The translations under genes and the position numbers were made by a program. A stretch of DNA of 63,685 nucleotides, the filler included, from Barthelona sp. PAP020 (lineage: Eukaryota): assembly GCA_040182905.1 (NCBI GenBank). It is 13 parts of 13 records of this genome, joined end to end, with 100 filler letters (N's around TTAATTAATTAA, not from the genome) between each part and the next. Parts side by side here need not be neighbours in the genome. Positions count along the whole stretch, not along the records: positions 19,851 to 24,694 come from JARQWU010000644.1; positions 24,795 to 29,609 come from JARQWU010000645.1; positions 29,710 to 34,498 come from JARQWU010000646.1; 10 more parts are not named here. One strand, 5' to 3'. The notes below the pieces were generated by a model. The model was given only the letters and a program-made list of their open reading frames with translations. It was not told where the DNA came from and searched no databases. Shown here piece after piece: positions 20,303 to 32,800 of the stretch. Position 1 is the first letter of the stretch; every line of letters begins with the position of its first letter.

Positions 20303-20513
20303 TGTAGAAGTTCATGCTCAATGAACGAAATTAATTGGAGATATAAAGAGGTCACCAAATATCACTTCCTTCATTTGTTGTTTTTTAACCACCTTTAGGT
20401 TCAATTTTTTAAGTTACTTGGGCATCTGAATTCACTTGAGTTTTTCCCAAACCGTAAGCTAACTCGTTTCGTTGTTCACTGAACAACTCATACCTCATAA
20501 ATATCTAATAAGC
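20303..20513 (+). repeat. Dispersed repeat family A, only complete copy (about 210 nt)
   Basis: Subterminal hairpins GTTCATGCTCAATGAAC (20310-20326) and GTTGTTCACTGAACAAC (20471-20487). Confidence 0.9.
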
Positions 20514-20899
20514 TATATTTATTTTCTTAATTTAATTGTACAACATTATTTCTTTATAAAAAAAATACCTCACCTTTTCAACAACACAAATGTTCTGTGT
20601 TTGTTTCGTTTGTTTTGCTTATGTATAAGTTTGATAACCGTACTTTTGTAAAGTTTTGTGATTGATTTTGTTATTTATGTCAAATACAGAGCTTTAAAGC
20701 CTATTTTGAGCCCAATTTCTTCAGAACAGAAGTGAAAGACTCCTGATATGTTTTCCAACTCTTATTGAATTTGAGCACCAATCAACATTCGTTTTGATTT
20801 GATTGTGTTTCACTGCCGTGAATTAAAAAAGAAGAAATGAGAGCTGTTTGCAAGGCAATTATTTTTCCAAAATCAAAATTTCAGTTCTTCTCTTTTCCT

Positions 20900-21225
20900 T
20901 GATCAACTTTTCCAAAAATTTTGACCTTTTATAAATGAAATGCAAGAAAACTTGTCCATCTAGGATGAATTTTAAGAATATTGGAGCCTTTGGGCTCTTT
21001 TGAACAATTAGTGCTGCAAAGAATTTCATATATCGCATAGGAAAGCCTTCTTCACTGGACAGCATATGAAATAAAAGAGTTAAGACTGAGAGGTTCCTGA
21101 AAGGAACGCTGACCCGTCACCCACCTCCAAATAAATATGAATGAAGATGAAAGCTGATTATTCTATTAAAAAATCATCTGAGGCACTAGTTCTCAAGTGA
21201 AAGTTTTGAAAGGGAAAAATAAACA
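20900..21225 (+). repeat. Repeat family B, copy 2
   Basis: GAGCC-TTTG-GGCTC (20984-20997), GTTCCT-GAA-AGGAAC (21093-21107); high similarity to the reverse complement of 43425-43755. Confidence 0.85.
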
Positions 21226-21283
21226 TAATTTTTTATTGAAATTTTTGAAATTTTCGAAATTAAATATTTTTTTCAAACTTTTG

Positions 21284-22822
21284 TTATGCTGAATCTGTAT
21301 CGGTAGTATTGGTTTCTTGTGTGAAAGCCAAATCATCTGACTCCTCATCATCAAAATCAAAATCATCATCTTCTTCATTTAAAGCAAGCTTCTCTTTCTT
21401 TTCAAACTCTCTTCTTCTGTCCCCAATAAAAAGGAACAAAACAACCAAACCAACAACATAAGTATAATAGGGAATCAAGAAGTATTTTCCTACAATTCTG
21501 AAATACATCATGATACTGTTCTTTTCCAAAATTGCAAAAGGAAACATTCCAAAATTTAAACAAGCAGCATAAAATAACCTTTTTAGAATGCCAAATAAAT
21601 GTTTTGGAAACCATTTTGGTTTCTTCCACATGAATTTGTAGATAAGAATATCTGCAAAAGAAATTAATGACAGATGGAAAAATGAGATGTAATACCCGAA
21701 GTGATATCCATGCCAGAGAGCAGAAATCTGATTGGTAGCAAAGAGAGATGTTGCAGAACCAATAGTTGCTTTCCATCGATGATGATATGAATATGTCAAC
21801 CAATTGATCACACCAATATTCCAAGCACCAACAGCTGTTCTTGCTGAACTTGGAATTTCAAAATTCCAATATCGCATGTTCTTTGCATTTTCATATTTTG
21901 GGTGTCCTTTTTCATCAGAACCAGTATAACCCAACCCAGACATAGCATTACCTGCTTCAGCAAAGAACCACCCACAATAATATTTGTGACGGATTAATAT
22001 GCATGAAAGCGCAATATAACACATACGCTGAATAATAGGCAGCTTTAAAAATCCTTCATCAAAAATTCTATCGCTGTTGAATTTGATACCTCCAACAACA
22101 CCAATAGCAAGCGTAATGAAGGAAAAAAGTATGTGTTGAAAAGCATACTTTGTTCCTGAGGACGAATTATGATTCTTAGCGTAATAACCATCTTGCTCAT
22201 GTAACCAATTGAGAAAATGTTTTGGATGTATTATAGGTCCAGCAGCAAGAGGTGCAGGATGAAACATTAAATGAAGGTAACTTAAAAAGTCAATATCAGT
22301 CATGGCTAAATTTTTGACAGATGCAGGCAATTTTTCAAACTTTTCTTCATTTTTCAATTTCAATCTTCCATCATGCAAAGCCCAACCAACCATATTAGAT
22401 TTAGCCATAAACATCATGAAAAAGGTTGATAAATCATTACCATATCCACTTAACCCACTAAAATGGTCCCTCAATTTCAAAAGAATGTTAAAAAACAAAT
22501 GAATAATGTTGGACAACCATCCATACTTGGGTGCAATAATTTTAGCTGTAAAATATAAAATAACAATGGTTCCACATAACCAAATGAAGTCGGTACTGAT
22601 GAAAAAAACCGTTAATAACATTCCCCAAAAAATACCATGTAAATTCCTTCCCAAAGGTGTCTTAAACTTTCTATAAAAATAACATACAGGTAGTGAAACA
22701 AGATAATAAATGAAAAATCGAACAAAAAAAATAAAATCGGTTTCGATTCCGTATTTGCTTCCAAAAGTCAAAAGTTCTGCTTGAAACAATCCTTCTGATG
22801 TTGTTAACAGACTCAATGGCAT
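21284..22822 (-). CDS. MBOAT-family lysophospholipid acyltransferase (Ale1/LPCAT3-like)
   Basis: AGP motif, R.KYY..W...E, WNIGVINWL..Y, SALWHGYHFGYYISF (catalytic His); multi-TM. Confidence 0.9.
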   Translation of the reverse strand: MPLSLLTTSEGLFQAELLTFGSKYGIETDFIFFVRFFIYYLVSLPVCYFYRKFKTPLGRNLHGIFWGMLLTVFFISTDFIWLCGTIVILYFTAKIIAPKYGWLSNIIHLFFNILLKLRDHFSGLSGYGNDLSTFFMMFMAKSNMVGWALHDGRLKLKNEEKFEKLPASVKNLAMTDIDFLSYLHLMFHPAPLAAGPIIHPKHFLNWLHEQDGYYAKNHNSSSGTKYAFQHILFSFITLAIGVVGGIKFNSDRIFDEGFLKLPIIQRMCYIALSCILIRHKYYCGWFFAEAGNAMSGLGYTGSDEKGHPKYENAKNMRYWNFEIPSSARTAVGAWNIGVINWLTYSYHHRWKATIGSATSLFATNQISALWHGYHFGYYISFFHLSLISFADILIYKFMWKKPKWFPKHLFGILKRLFYAACLNFGMFPFAILEKNSIMMYFRIVGKYFLIPYYTYVVGLVVLFLFIGDRRREFEKKEKLALNEEDDDFDFDDEESDDLAFTQETNTTDTDSA

Positions 22823-22958
22823 TAAAAAAAAAGGAAAAAAGGTATAATTCCTCAGTTTGTCACTTTTTCAATGGTAGCCTTTTTATTGTATAAATATGCG
22901 TTTTATCAAAAAAAAAAAACAACACAAGAAATTTACAAAGCTATTGAAACAAAAGAAA

Positions 22959-24242
22959 TTAATCATCAGTTTCAGAATCACTTGATTCACTTGAAACAGG
23001 AACATTTTTGAAAATATTGCCACCATTATTTTCATTTATATCAATTAAATCCCAAATAAGGTTTTCAACTGTGTGGTACTCTTCTAAACTTAACCACAGT
23101 CCTTGACTCACTAATTGTCTGATAAAATTTTCATTCATAATAACATGATTTCGTTGAAGAAAACTAAGAATTTTACCAAAATAATCTTGTTTGGAAGCTT
23201 GAACAATTTCAGAGATTGCTAAATCATTCACAGTATAGATGATGTTGAATTTTGCCAAAGCATCAACTAATGGATGTTTTACTAAACCACAGACAAACTC
23301 CGTTCTGCTATTTGATAACGCCAACATCGGACGGTTTTCAGCTGCACAGTCGACGGTTTGGACACAATTCAAAGTGTTATTGTTGAAATTAAACAAGCGT
23401 AATTTGCCATCAGAACATATACACATAATTTTTTGATCAAAGCAAAGCCATTCTATTTCATAAATGCGAGTATATGTTGGATATTTTAAAACTCGTTTTT
23501 CAGATTCGATATCGAATATTTGTATTGATTCCATACAGCCAAAAGCAACATATTTATTGGAAAGAGACATAGAAACTGATCTAACTTCAAGAGTTTCAAA
23601 TCTGTGAATAATTTCTAAATTACTGGTGGACAATAAACAACTTTTTTCCCTGACATCTCCACAAATGAAAGAGCGAGCATCCGAAGAAACGTCACAGCTC
23701 CAAAACCACGATGAGCCACCAAGAGTTGAAGAATTCAAAACTTCTTTTGTGAGGATGTCAATCTTTTGAATGTTTTTATTCGACTCTATCGTGTATAAAT
23801 GATGGGTATTTTTACTGAAGATTAATGCATATCCAAAATTCGCCAAATCAAAAGAACAAAACGACTCATACAACAAATTATCATCCTCTTTTAATTTATA
23901 AACAAATACTTTGCTATCATTTCCTGTTGTTGCAAGATATTGTCCATCAAAAGAAAAAGAAACATCATTGCAATCTCTGAAATGATCTTCGAAAGATTGA
24001 CTTAAAGTTAAGTCATTATTATTCCAAATTTTTAATGAATGGTCATCACTGACAGTTGCAAATAATTTATCATCATTACGATAATTCATTTTCATTATCG
24101 CATCTGAATGAACATGTGAGACAGACAATAATGAATTTTCTTCATCAATAGAACACGAATAACATGATTTAATCAAATTGAGCAATTTTTCTTCTCTTTC
24201 CGTTTCGTCCTTTGATTTTGATATGTTTTCAATATAATCCAT
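22959..24242 (-). CDS. WD40-repeat protein with C-terminal 'WDLIDINxxNGGN' module
   Basis: WD repeats (ATVSDDHSLKIWN, FSFDGQYLATTGND); C-terminus FIRQLVSQGLWLSLEEYHTVENLIWDLIDINENNGGN. Likely start is ATG 24242. Confidence 0.85.
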   Translation of the reverse strand: MDYIENISKSKDETEREEKLLNLIKSCYSCSIDEENSLLSVSHVHSDAIMKMNYRNDDKLFATVSDDHSLKIWNNNDLTLSQSFEDHFRDCNDVSFSFDGQYLATTGNDSKVFVYKLKEDDNLLYESFCSFDLANFGYALIFSKNTHHLYTIESNKNIQKIDILTKEVLNSSTLGGSSWFWSCDVSSDARSFICGDVREKSCLLSTSNLEIIHRFETLEVRSVSMSLSNKYVAFGCMESIQIFDIESEKRVLKYPTYTRIYEIEWLCFDQKIMCICSDGKLRLFNFNNNTLNCVQTVDCAAENRPMLALSNSRTEFVCGLVKHPLVDALAKFNIIYTVNDLAISEIVQASKQDYFGKILSFLQRNHVIMNENFIRQLVSQGLWLSLEEYHTVENLIWDLIDINENNGGNIFKNVPVSSESSDSETDD

Positions 24243-24451
24243 AAGCTTATATATATTTGAAATAAAAAAGATAAAAAATATGAAAAATCTATTGTTTACA
24301 ATTCTTTGGGTCTTTAAGAATGAATAATTATCAACATAACACTTTTTTTTCGAATGTATTTTTTGATCATCAAAGGATAGAAAAGATGAAGTTAAAAAAA
24401 AAGAACCTATTTTGTTCAATTTGAAATTTGAAATTTTTTTATTTATATTGT

Positions 24452-24694
24452 ATGTTATCATCCGAATCAATTTATGCAATAATACCTGAGCCAGTAATTC
24501 CTCCTGAGAAAAGAGCTCATCATGTATCTAAATTTCGAAAATCTTCAAAGGAGGTAGTTAGAGAAGGAAAACAATTGCATGCTACATTTGGTCCAAAAGC
24601 TTCTCAACGTAGTGATCCTAAGAACTTTACAAAAAAATATGAGAAGACTGCAAAGTTGACTTTTCTTCCTGAACCTAAAAAGTTTGAAAGGGTC
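24452..24694 (+). CDS. ENKUR: Enkurin (axonemal protein), 5' fragment
   Basis: ESIYAIIPEP...HVSKF...HATFGP....DPKNFTKK matches the enkurin N-terminus (E.IYnLIP...y.S.F...kTmGP....P..flKKh). Confidence 0.75.
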
Positions 24695-25514
24695 NNNNNN
24701 NNNNNNNNNNNNNNNNNNNNNNNNNNNNNNNNNNNNNNTTAATTAATTAANNNNNNNNNNNNNNNNNNNNNNNNNNNNNNNNNNNNNNNNNNNNTTCACA
24801 TATAAATAATAGTTTATTCTTTTTTTGATATAGTCTCTGAGAAAGGTTTGTTACTATGAGTGATTTGAAGAGGGCTTGGAATGTTTCATTTGGGGAGCTT
24901 TAACTTTACATAGAACTTCCTCTTTCATTCACTGCAAAAATCCAAAGGAAGTAACAATGGAAAATTTTGGAAAAATGCTTTTCCCATTCGTTTTCATTTT
25001 TGCAAAGATAAAATTCTATTGTTAAATCTTTACATTTGAAAAATTTAAAGAATGATCATTCTGAATATTTACAATAATAAGATCATTTGATCTATTCCAA
25101 ATACCAGTCAGAAATCCATTTTTAGAAATGGATAAAACAACCTGCCTTCATTTGAGTGAATAACAGAACTCAATTTCCCTTTTAGCTTTTCTCAAAAGTT
25201 CAATTTATGTTTGGATAGTTTGCTCAAACAAATTCTTTTGATTTTTTTTCAATAATTTCAAGAATTGCTGAAATGGTTGAATTATGGACACTAATGCAGA
25301 TATTGAAATGTGGAATTGATCTTGAAAACAAGATCTCTTTACATAAATAAATATTGGGAGTCTCTGAATTTGAAGATGAAAATCAACTTTTGTTATTGTG
25401 TTTGTTACCAAAAAGAAGAATTAACCACCCTTATCAAACTAAATTCTTTTATGAATGAAAATCAAACAATCAATATTTTGAAAAAAAAGAAACTTCAATT
25501 GTTTATTTTGTCTT

Positions 25515-26708
25515 TCACACATACTTAACTTTTGTGAAGGGAATATTGTTCAAATTTAATTCAAGTTTAAAAATGAAAAAAGCTTGAGAAGTCGAAACAA
25601 TCATTTCATCATTGGTTTTAAAGGAAACTGAAGTAATTCTATCATTGAAATCTATTTTTTGAAAATGGGTCAACTCAGTATCTCTGATATGAGATTTCTT
25701 TTCATCACCACTATAGTTACATAAAAAAACATTAACAATACCACTATTTGAACCTGTTGCCAATAAATAACCATCAGATGAATAGCTTAAAACAGTCACT
25801 GCAGATGAATCAAAATCTTTTAATTTTCTAAAATTCACAAAAGTATTTTCACTGAAAAAATAAAAAGATAAGGAACCATGAGAGTGTCCAAAAACAATAT
25901 TAATTGTCTTCGATGTTTCTGATATGGGTCTCAAAGTGAAGAACAGTGCATCATTTTCAATTTCAGAAATATCAAACAACAAAAATGAAACTTCATCAAA
26001 AATGAATAATTCGTCATTTCCAAAATGAATATCATCTTTAACTATTGAACCATAAGGTTTTTTGAGGAAGAAATGATAATTTTCATCGTTTTTATAGTAT
26101 CTAAACGAAAATAACACGGAATCCTTCGTTAAAAACAAAATCAAATGTCCATTATCAGTCCATACATTATCAACAACACAAGAATTAACTTGGTAATCAA
26201 AAATTTTTGAAATTTTTGAAATTTCATAAAAAGCTACAAAACCTGAAGTGTGAAGATGATCAACGCTCTCTCCACCGACAAATAAAATGTTTCCATCATT
26301 TGTGGATAAAGTTTTCAATTCATAATATTGATCTAAAGCAATTTCAGTGACAAAAATGTACTCTTGAAAAGTTTCATCAAAATTAAACACAAAAATTTTT
26401 CTCTTAAATCCAACAAATAATTTATTATTAGAAGTAGAAATATCAATAATTCGGTCATCAAAATTTAATACCTGAATTTTATCATCATTTTCATATAAAT
26501 AGAAATTATATTTTGTAAAAACATGTAAAAAATTATTTCTACAAATAATATCAATGATTTCATCTTCAAAAAAGTACTTATCACTGTAAAAATGATAGGT
26601 TATTGAAGATTTTGAACTAAATAAAACATTTTTGTTATTATCAATTAATTCATAACAATTACACCAATAAATAACAAATAATGTAATAAAAAAGAAATGT
26701 ATTTTCAT
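25515..26708 (-). CDS. Beta-propeller (WD40-like) protein with predicted signal peptide
   Basis: Hydrophobic N-terminus; VTVLSYSSDGYLLATGSNSGIVNVF repeat; beta-rich. Confidence 0.7.
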   Translation of the reverse strand: MKIHFFFITLFVIYWCNCYELIDNNKNVLFSSKSSITYHFYSDKYFFEDEIIDIICRNNFLHVFTKYNFYLYENDDKIQVLNFDDRIIDISTSNNKLFVGFKRKIFVFNFDETFQEYIFVTEIALDQYYELKTLSTNDGNILFVGGESVDHLHTSGFVAFYEISKISKIFDYQVNSCVVDNVWTDNGHLILFLTKDSVLFSFRYYKNDENYHFFLKKPYGSIVKDDIHFGNDELFIFDEVSFLLFDISEIENDALFFTLRPISETSKTINIVFGHSHGSLSFYFFSENTFVNFRKLKDFDSSAVTVLSYSSDGYLLATGSNSGIVNVFLCNYSGDEKKSHIRDTELTHFQKIDFNDRITSVSFKTNDEMIVSTSQAFFIFKLELNLNNIPFTKVKYV

Positions 26709-27022
26709 GATAAATACATTATTTTAAATAAAAAAAAAAAAATATACTCAAAAACCTCTATTCAATTTGTCCAATATTAGACCAAAAATAATTTGATTTA
26801 AGATCTTTCTATGCAATATTTTTTACTCATTCTGAAGAAAACTTTAATTAACACTTTAATAAATCAAGTGAAAAAAGAAAATTATTAACCAAACAAAAAA
26901 TTCTTTCTTATTTCGTTAAATTGGTTTATGTCATGAAATTTACTGCTCAGTATTTTTTTAAAGAAAGTTTAAAAATTTTGTCAAAAAGAGCAAAAAAAAA
27001 AAACACATTTATGAAATGAAAG

Positions 27023-28996
27023 TTAAATTAAATTGCCACCATTTTGAACATTCGATTGAATAAACTCAAAATATACCTTTTTGATGATTTTTATATCTAT
27101 ATCATTCACCCAAATACCTTTTTCAATTAATCTTGGAATTATTATAGATGAAGAACAATAAGACAATAAAAAACAAAATAAATTTTTCAGTGAATTGTGA
27201 TAAATACGACTGTTATTGATTAAATATTCTTGAACAAACAAATTATCACAAACAAAAGTATTCAAAAATTCTGAAAAATTCTCTTCTTCAATATAAAGTT
27301 TGAACAATTCTTTGTAATCTAAATTGATATCTTTGAACAAAATTCCCATAAGTTTTTTGAAAATTTCAAAATTTTTATAAATAGTCAATTCAATGTTTGG
27401 TCTATAACTGAGAAACAAATAAAATAATTCTTGAAAATCATTTTCGATCACTATTCTGAAAGGAGTTTTGTTTGATTTTGATAAAACGTCAAGATCCACA
27501 TTACTCTCCAATAAAATTTGAGCAATCTCAAAACTGTTACTCTTACAACAATAATGAATTGGATAAAACCCCCTACTTCCTTCATTTTTATTAATCTCAA
27601 CATTATAAGTCAACAATAACTTTAAAATGTCAATATTATTCTTTGCAATAATGTATTTTATAGGTGAACACACATATTCACCTTGTAAACATCCTAAATT
27701 AGCATCAGCATTATTTTCAAGGAAAAATTCAATAACATCATAATTCATCCGTTCAATTGCTGAAAAAAAAGGCGTTTTTTTTGTTATATCAAAAACATTT
27801 AAAGAAAAACCTGAATGAAGCAAAAGTTGTAACAATTCAAAATTGGGATTAGGCAATCCTGCAACGATTGATAATGGGGAAACTACATTCTTTTCACATG
27901 GAAAATCATGTTGCAACAATAATTGAACAATATTTATGTGTTCATTTTTACAAGCTATACCTAAACATGTCAATCCTTTGCTAGAAATACTAGTTGTAAC
28001 AGCTCCCAAAGATAGAGCCTTTTTGGCCAGTTCTTCATGTCCCTCTTGACATGCCAAAAACAAGGGGGAAACATTAATTTTCAAAAAAATGTTGATATCC
28101 TCGAAATATGGTAAAAGAAGATCAACAATAAAAGTGTTTCCTTTTAAAAAAGCTAAATGAAGAATGGTCCAACCATCACTACTCATTAATTTAACATTTG
28201 GAGAGAAATCCAACAAAAATTCAACTACATACAACAATTCAACATTAACAGCATAATAAAGGGCTGACCAACCAAATTTATCAGTTTGATCAACATTAGC
28301 TCCATTTTCAAGCAGTAATCTAGCAACATCCATAAATCCATTGGTACAAGCCAACATCAAAGGAGTACTACCATTTAATCTACACTCATTAGGATTTGCT
28401 CCCTTATCGAGCAAATACTTTGCCATATCAACATTATTATTCTTAACGGCGTTCCATAAACAACTGTAACCAAAATTATTTAAAGTGTTAATTGAACAAC
28501 CATGTTTGTATAACCATTTAATTGCTTCAAAATGATTATAGCGTGAACAGATTAAACATATATTGCTTCCATTCGCTGTTTTATCGTTTAATGATTTATT
28601 GTTATCAAAAAATAATTCAAATAAAGGGATATTTCCGGACTTTCCAATTATGTGCAAAGGCAAATATCCAGAACTATTTTTAACACTCGTATCGGCTCCA
28701 TAATTCAACAAAAGCTTAACAATTCTCAAATATCCAAACCTGCAAGCTCGATGTAAATAAGTACAACCGCTATTATCTTGGTGATTGATATCAACACCTG
28801 AAAGAATTATTCTTTCGACCAAATCAAAATTATTTCCTTCAATAGCTTTCCATAATAAGGAATAATCATTATTTTGATTGGAAATAGTGCCTATCGATTG
28901 ATTGGAAATCTTTTTTGAAAAAGGAGACGTACCATGATTGCCAACTAATAGTTTCTCCAAATCTATTCCTAATATTCTATTTTTACTTCTAATCAT
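27023..28996 (-). CDS. Ankyrin-repeat protein with C-terminal NGGN-type module
   Basis: Many ANK repeats (GCTYLHRAC..G...IVKLLL..GAD, GSTPLMLAC..G...VARLLLENGANVD); C-terminus IIPRLIEKGIWVNDIDIKIIKKVYFEFIQSNVQNGGNLI. Start is uncertain (28996 or 29044). Confidence 0.88.
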   Translation of the reverse strand: MIRSKNRILGIDLEKLLVGNHGTSPFSKKISNQSIGTISNQNNDYSLLWKAIEGNNFDLVERIILSGVDINHQDNSGCTYLHRACRFGYLRIVKLLLNYGADTSVKNSSGYLPLHIIGKSGNIPLFELFFDNNKSLNDKTANGSNICLICSRYNHFEAIKWLYKHGCSINTLNNFGYSCLWNAVKNNNVDMAKYLLDKGANPNECRLNGSTPLMLACTNGFMDVARLLLENGANVDQTDKFGWSALYYAVNVELLYVVEFLLDFSPNVKLMSSDGWTILHLAFLKGNTFIVDLLLPYFEDINIFLKINVSPLFLACQEGHEELAKKALSLGAVTTSISSKGLTCLGIACKNEHINIVQLLLQHDFPCEKNVVSPLSIVAGLPNPNFELLQLLLHSGFSLNVFDITKKTPFFSAIERMNYDVIEFFLENNADANLGCLQGEYVCSPIKYIIAKNNIDILKLLLTYNVEINKNEGSRGFYPIHYCCKSNSFEIAQILLESNVDLDVLSKSNKTPFRIVIENDFQELFYLFLSYRPNIELTIYKNFEIFKKLMGILFKDINLDYKELFKLYIEEENFSEFLNTFVCDNLFVQEYLINNSRIYHNSLKNLFCFLLSYCSSSIIIPRLIEKGIWVNDIDIKIIKKVYFEFIQSNVQNGGNLI

Positions 28997-29818
28997 AAAT
29001 ATTAAAAGTTTAGGAACAATTACCAAGTGTATCGTATCAAACATGCGATCTTTCACTCTTTCAAAAAAAAATCTGATTTGCTTTCATGTTTACAGGAAGA
29101 AAAGGGATTAAAAAGACAATATTCGAACTGTAATTTGTATTTTTGATAACATTTTAACAAGTTTTAAATAAATTTTTAAATTTTCACATTATTATCATAA
29201 CAATAATAACATGTGTTTGAATTAATGGAAAAAAATACAGATTGTGTTGATATAAAGAAAGTAAGACAAAAAAAAAGCTCGACTAGCTTTAAAATATGAG
29301 TGAATTTGCTCTTTTTAATCATTTCTGAATGATTAATCATATGTCCAAAGATTCAATCAAGATTTTTTATCAAATACAATAAAAATTTTTTTATTTCTTT
29401 TGAATTCTTTTGAGTATTGCAGCATAAAAAAGAATATTTCAAGTGTTATTATAGCATTTAATGATATTAAATTCTTTAAGAGCGAAAGAAATTGGTTGAA
29501 ATTGTAAACAAAAATAAAATCACATTTTTTTATAAAGTCTTGAATCACGTTCTGTGATAACAAAAGGTACTGAAGTGATTGGCAACAAACCTAACTCTGA
29601 TAAAAGAACNNNNNNNNNNNNNNNNNNNNNNNNNNNNNNNNNNNNNNNNNNNNTTAATTAATTAANNNNNNNNNNNNNNNNNNNNNNNNNNNNNNNNNNN
29701 NNNNNNNNNGAAATAATGATAATACAAGGAGGTAAAAAGGAAAAAAAAAGGAAAAAAAAAGAAAAAAAAACTGCAGGAAATTTTTTTTTACATTCACACA
29801 ACTAAAAACAGATTCATT

Positions 29819-32800
29819 TCATTCAAACAATTTTCTAATTTCTTCAACAGATAAATCTTTAAATGATTCAAAAATTTGAGATTCATAAAATTTGTCAGAA
29901 AAAGCCTTAACATTGAAAAATATTTTTCTAAGGTTCTCATTAATAATTGATTCTTCTAATTTATCGAAAGGATCTATTTGTAATTTGATTTGATTCTTCA
30001 AATCAAACGAAAGGTCAGTACATTTTCTTGTGAAAACGTTTCTACTGATAAAAAAGTTGAATAAAATTGGTGGAAACATACCTTCAGGTAAATATAAACC
30101 ATTAAAAAGAATATATTGAAGGAAACGGGCTAAACAAGTGAAATATTCCTCTGACATTGTTAAATCAAAAATAAAAGGTAAAAGTTTCTGTTCAAAAACT
30201 AAATAAACAAAAGTTTGTGGTCTCAAATCATCAATATTAATGATATGAAACTTATTGTTAAGATTCATAGTTTCTTTCAAATTAAAAGAATATCTATAAG
30301 AATAATGAAGTTCAATATTATTGAATATGTCAATAAATTCATTCAAAAAATTTTGCCTGCTCGAAAACTTCACATTTCTTTTTGTTTTATATTTATTAAT
30401 CTCATATTCTTGTAAGAAATATTTATTCATTGTTTGTAAAGGTCCTTCAAAAGTTGATGAAAAAAAATGATGAAAAAAGACTAGAGGTTTAATTGAAGCG
30501 TTAACTTCATCAAACTTATTTTGGAAGAGATACTTTATCCACTTTTTCAACATAACTTCATTCTTGTTAACGTTAGTTTCAGTTGATATTGAAGATTTAA
30601 CAGACCACTTATCATGTTTGCTAATTGAAAAGGATATTGGTTCATAATTTTGGTCCAAATGATTCAATGCAAAACGTAAAGATTCTTTCTCAGACCAAAA
30701 AGCAATATTGTTAGGTGCTAAGACTTCAACAAAGTGAGGATTATTCAAAGAACTTGAAGAATTAATGGAGTTTAATTGTAATAAAGCTTTACTTAAGAAA
30801 ATTAACAATTTCATCTTCAAAAGTTCATCAAATTGTTGAATGAGTTGTTCAGTTAAATAACCATTTGGTTTTACAAGAGTACAAACCAAATAATTGACTG
30901 CACCTTTGTGATCATAAATAAACTCCATGGTTTGAGGTTGTTGAAACAACCTTTTTGATAATATTAAATATGCATAAATGACACGCCTGAATAAAGAAGG
31001 AAATTTGAATACATTATTGGTATGTAAGGAAAAGAATTGATGTGTTAATAGAGTTGATCGATCGTAGTGTTCTTTAATAGCACTAAAAGTAATATTTGGA
31101 TTATTTAAAAAGGTGAAAGCTGGATAACAATACTGTAAATAACGATTTTGAGATACGTATTTAATAGGATAACCAGGATAAGGTATCCAATGAGGGTTAG
31201 TAGAATTTAAATATAATAATCTCCATAATTGATAAGGGAATTGAAAATCAGTATTAATAGGAACTTTTGCTAATGAATCTGTAATTGAATGGATTCTTTC
31301 ATGTAATTTATTCAAATTTTCATCAATATTTAAAAAATCTTGTGAATTATTTGAAAAGAATGAACTTTTATCAATCATATTTTTCAATTCAAAACAATTG
31401 TTTGCTAATTTTTCATTATTTTTTTTGATTTCTTTAACTTTCCAATCAAAATCAACTTTTAATTGATGAAATTCAAGATCAAAACTTTGTTGTAACTCTA
31501 AAAAATTGGTTTGTAACTTGATAAACTTACGTTCAAAATTTTGAGTATTATCTTGAATTTTAGAAGATATAGTCGAATTTGCTGTGATCAAATCTCGTTT
31601 TAACCTTGAAATCTCTTCATCTTTTTGATTGATAACTTTTCTTAACTTAATAAATTGTTCTTCCATTTCCTTATCAATATTAAGTTTGATTAACTTTTGA
31701 ACTTTCTCTTTTTCAACTTTTTCTTTTTCTTCCAACTCTTCTTTTTCTTCCAATACCAACTCTTCCAATTCCAAATCTTCTTCTTCTAATTTCAACTCTT
31801 TTTTATTTTCCTCTTTTGTAAACATCTTCAATTTTGTTTCCAATTGATCAATTTGTGTACTCATTACTTTCAAAGAGTGATTAAAGCTAGATTTATCATG
31901 ACGATTATATTGAGTTTGTGAAATAATTTCATCAATCTGTTCCTTTATCAAATTATCAATAGAAACCAATTCCAAATCAGAATCTTCAGTATCAAATTTT
32001 GATTTATTTTTAATTAAAGAATTTGAATTGATTGAGGAAGTAGTGTTATATAAACTATCTTGACTATCTCGAAAACTATTCTGAAATAATAAAGAAGAAC
32101 GTGAATGTGATGGAATGAAAGATTTTAATACCTCAAATAAACCCTTGAAAATCAAATTGATTTGAGGTATATCTCTTATCATTTCAAAAAATGGTTTATA
32201 ATTGTGAAAAACTAAAGAATCGCTAAAATTAGCAAAATTGACACCTAATACTGACGAAATATCTTCTAAATACAAATTATTCTTAAAATAACTCAGAAAC
32301 TCTTCACCATTTATCAAAATCAATTCAAGAAAATATTCAGTGGGAATTAAAGAAAATAAACTGTGTTTGATAACATTAAATTCATCAGTATATTGTTGTT
32401 TAAAATTTTCCAAACGTTTCAAAAATTCATCAAATCCTTCAAATTCATATGGCTCTGTAAACAAAACTAAATTTCCATTCTTTTCATTATTTTTCAGTAA
32501 TATCTCTTTTGACAAATTTTCATGAAATAAATTATCATCTGCTTTGATCAATCGACAATATCCTCCATCTTTTATCAAAGAATTATAAAAGTAATTTGAT
32601 GTTCCATCCCAATGGCCTATTTCATATAAACTTTGTAATAAAGATTGATGTATATAGGGACTCTCATACTTAAATAATAGACGGGTTAAATCACCTAAAC
32701 TAGCAAAGATTTCCTGTCTGCTACGCTGTTCAACATTAAAAACCTGTTCAATAAGGTTAGGAAACTCTTCATGTGCAATAAAAAAAGCTTTACCATCTTC

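Noticed and set aside
21085..21112. Hammerhead core in repeat B (CTGAGAG-GTTCC...GGAAC)
   Set aside because: The stem is followed by GCTG, not GAAA, and CTGA is not conserved across copies.
24795..25510. Short ORFs or degraded gene upstream of the propeller gene's 3' end
   Set aside because: Fragmentary frames with many stops and no identifiable homology.
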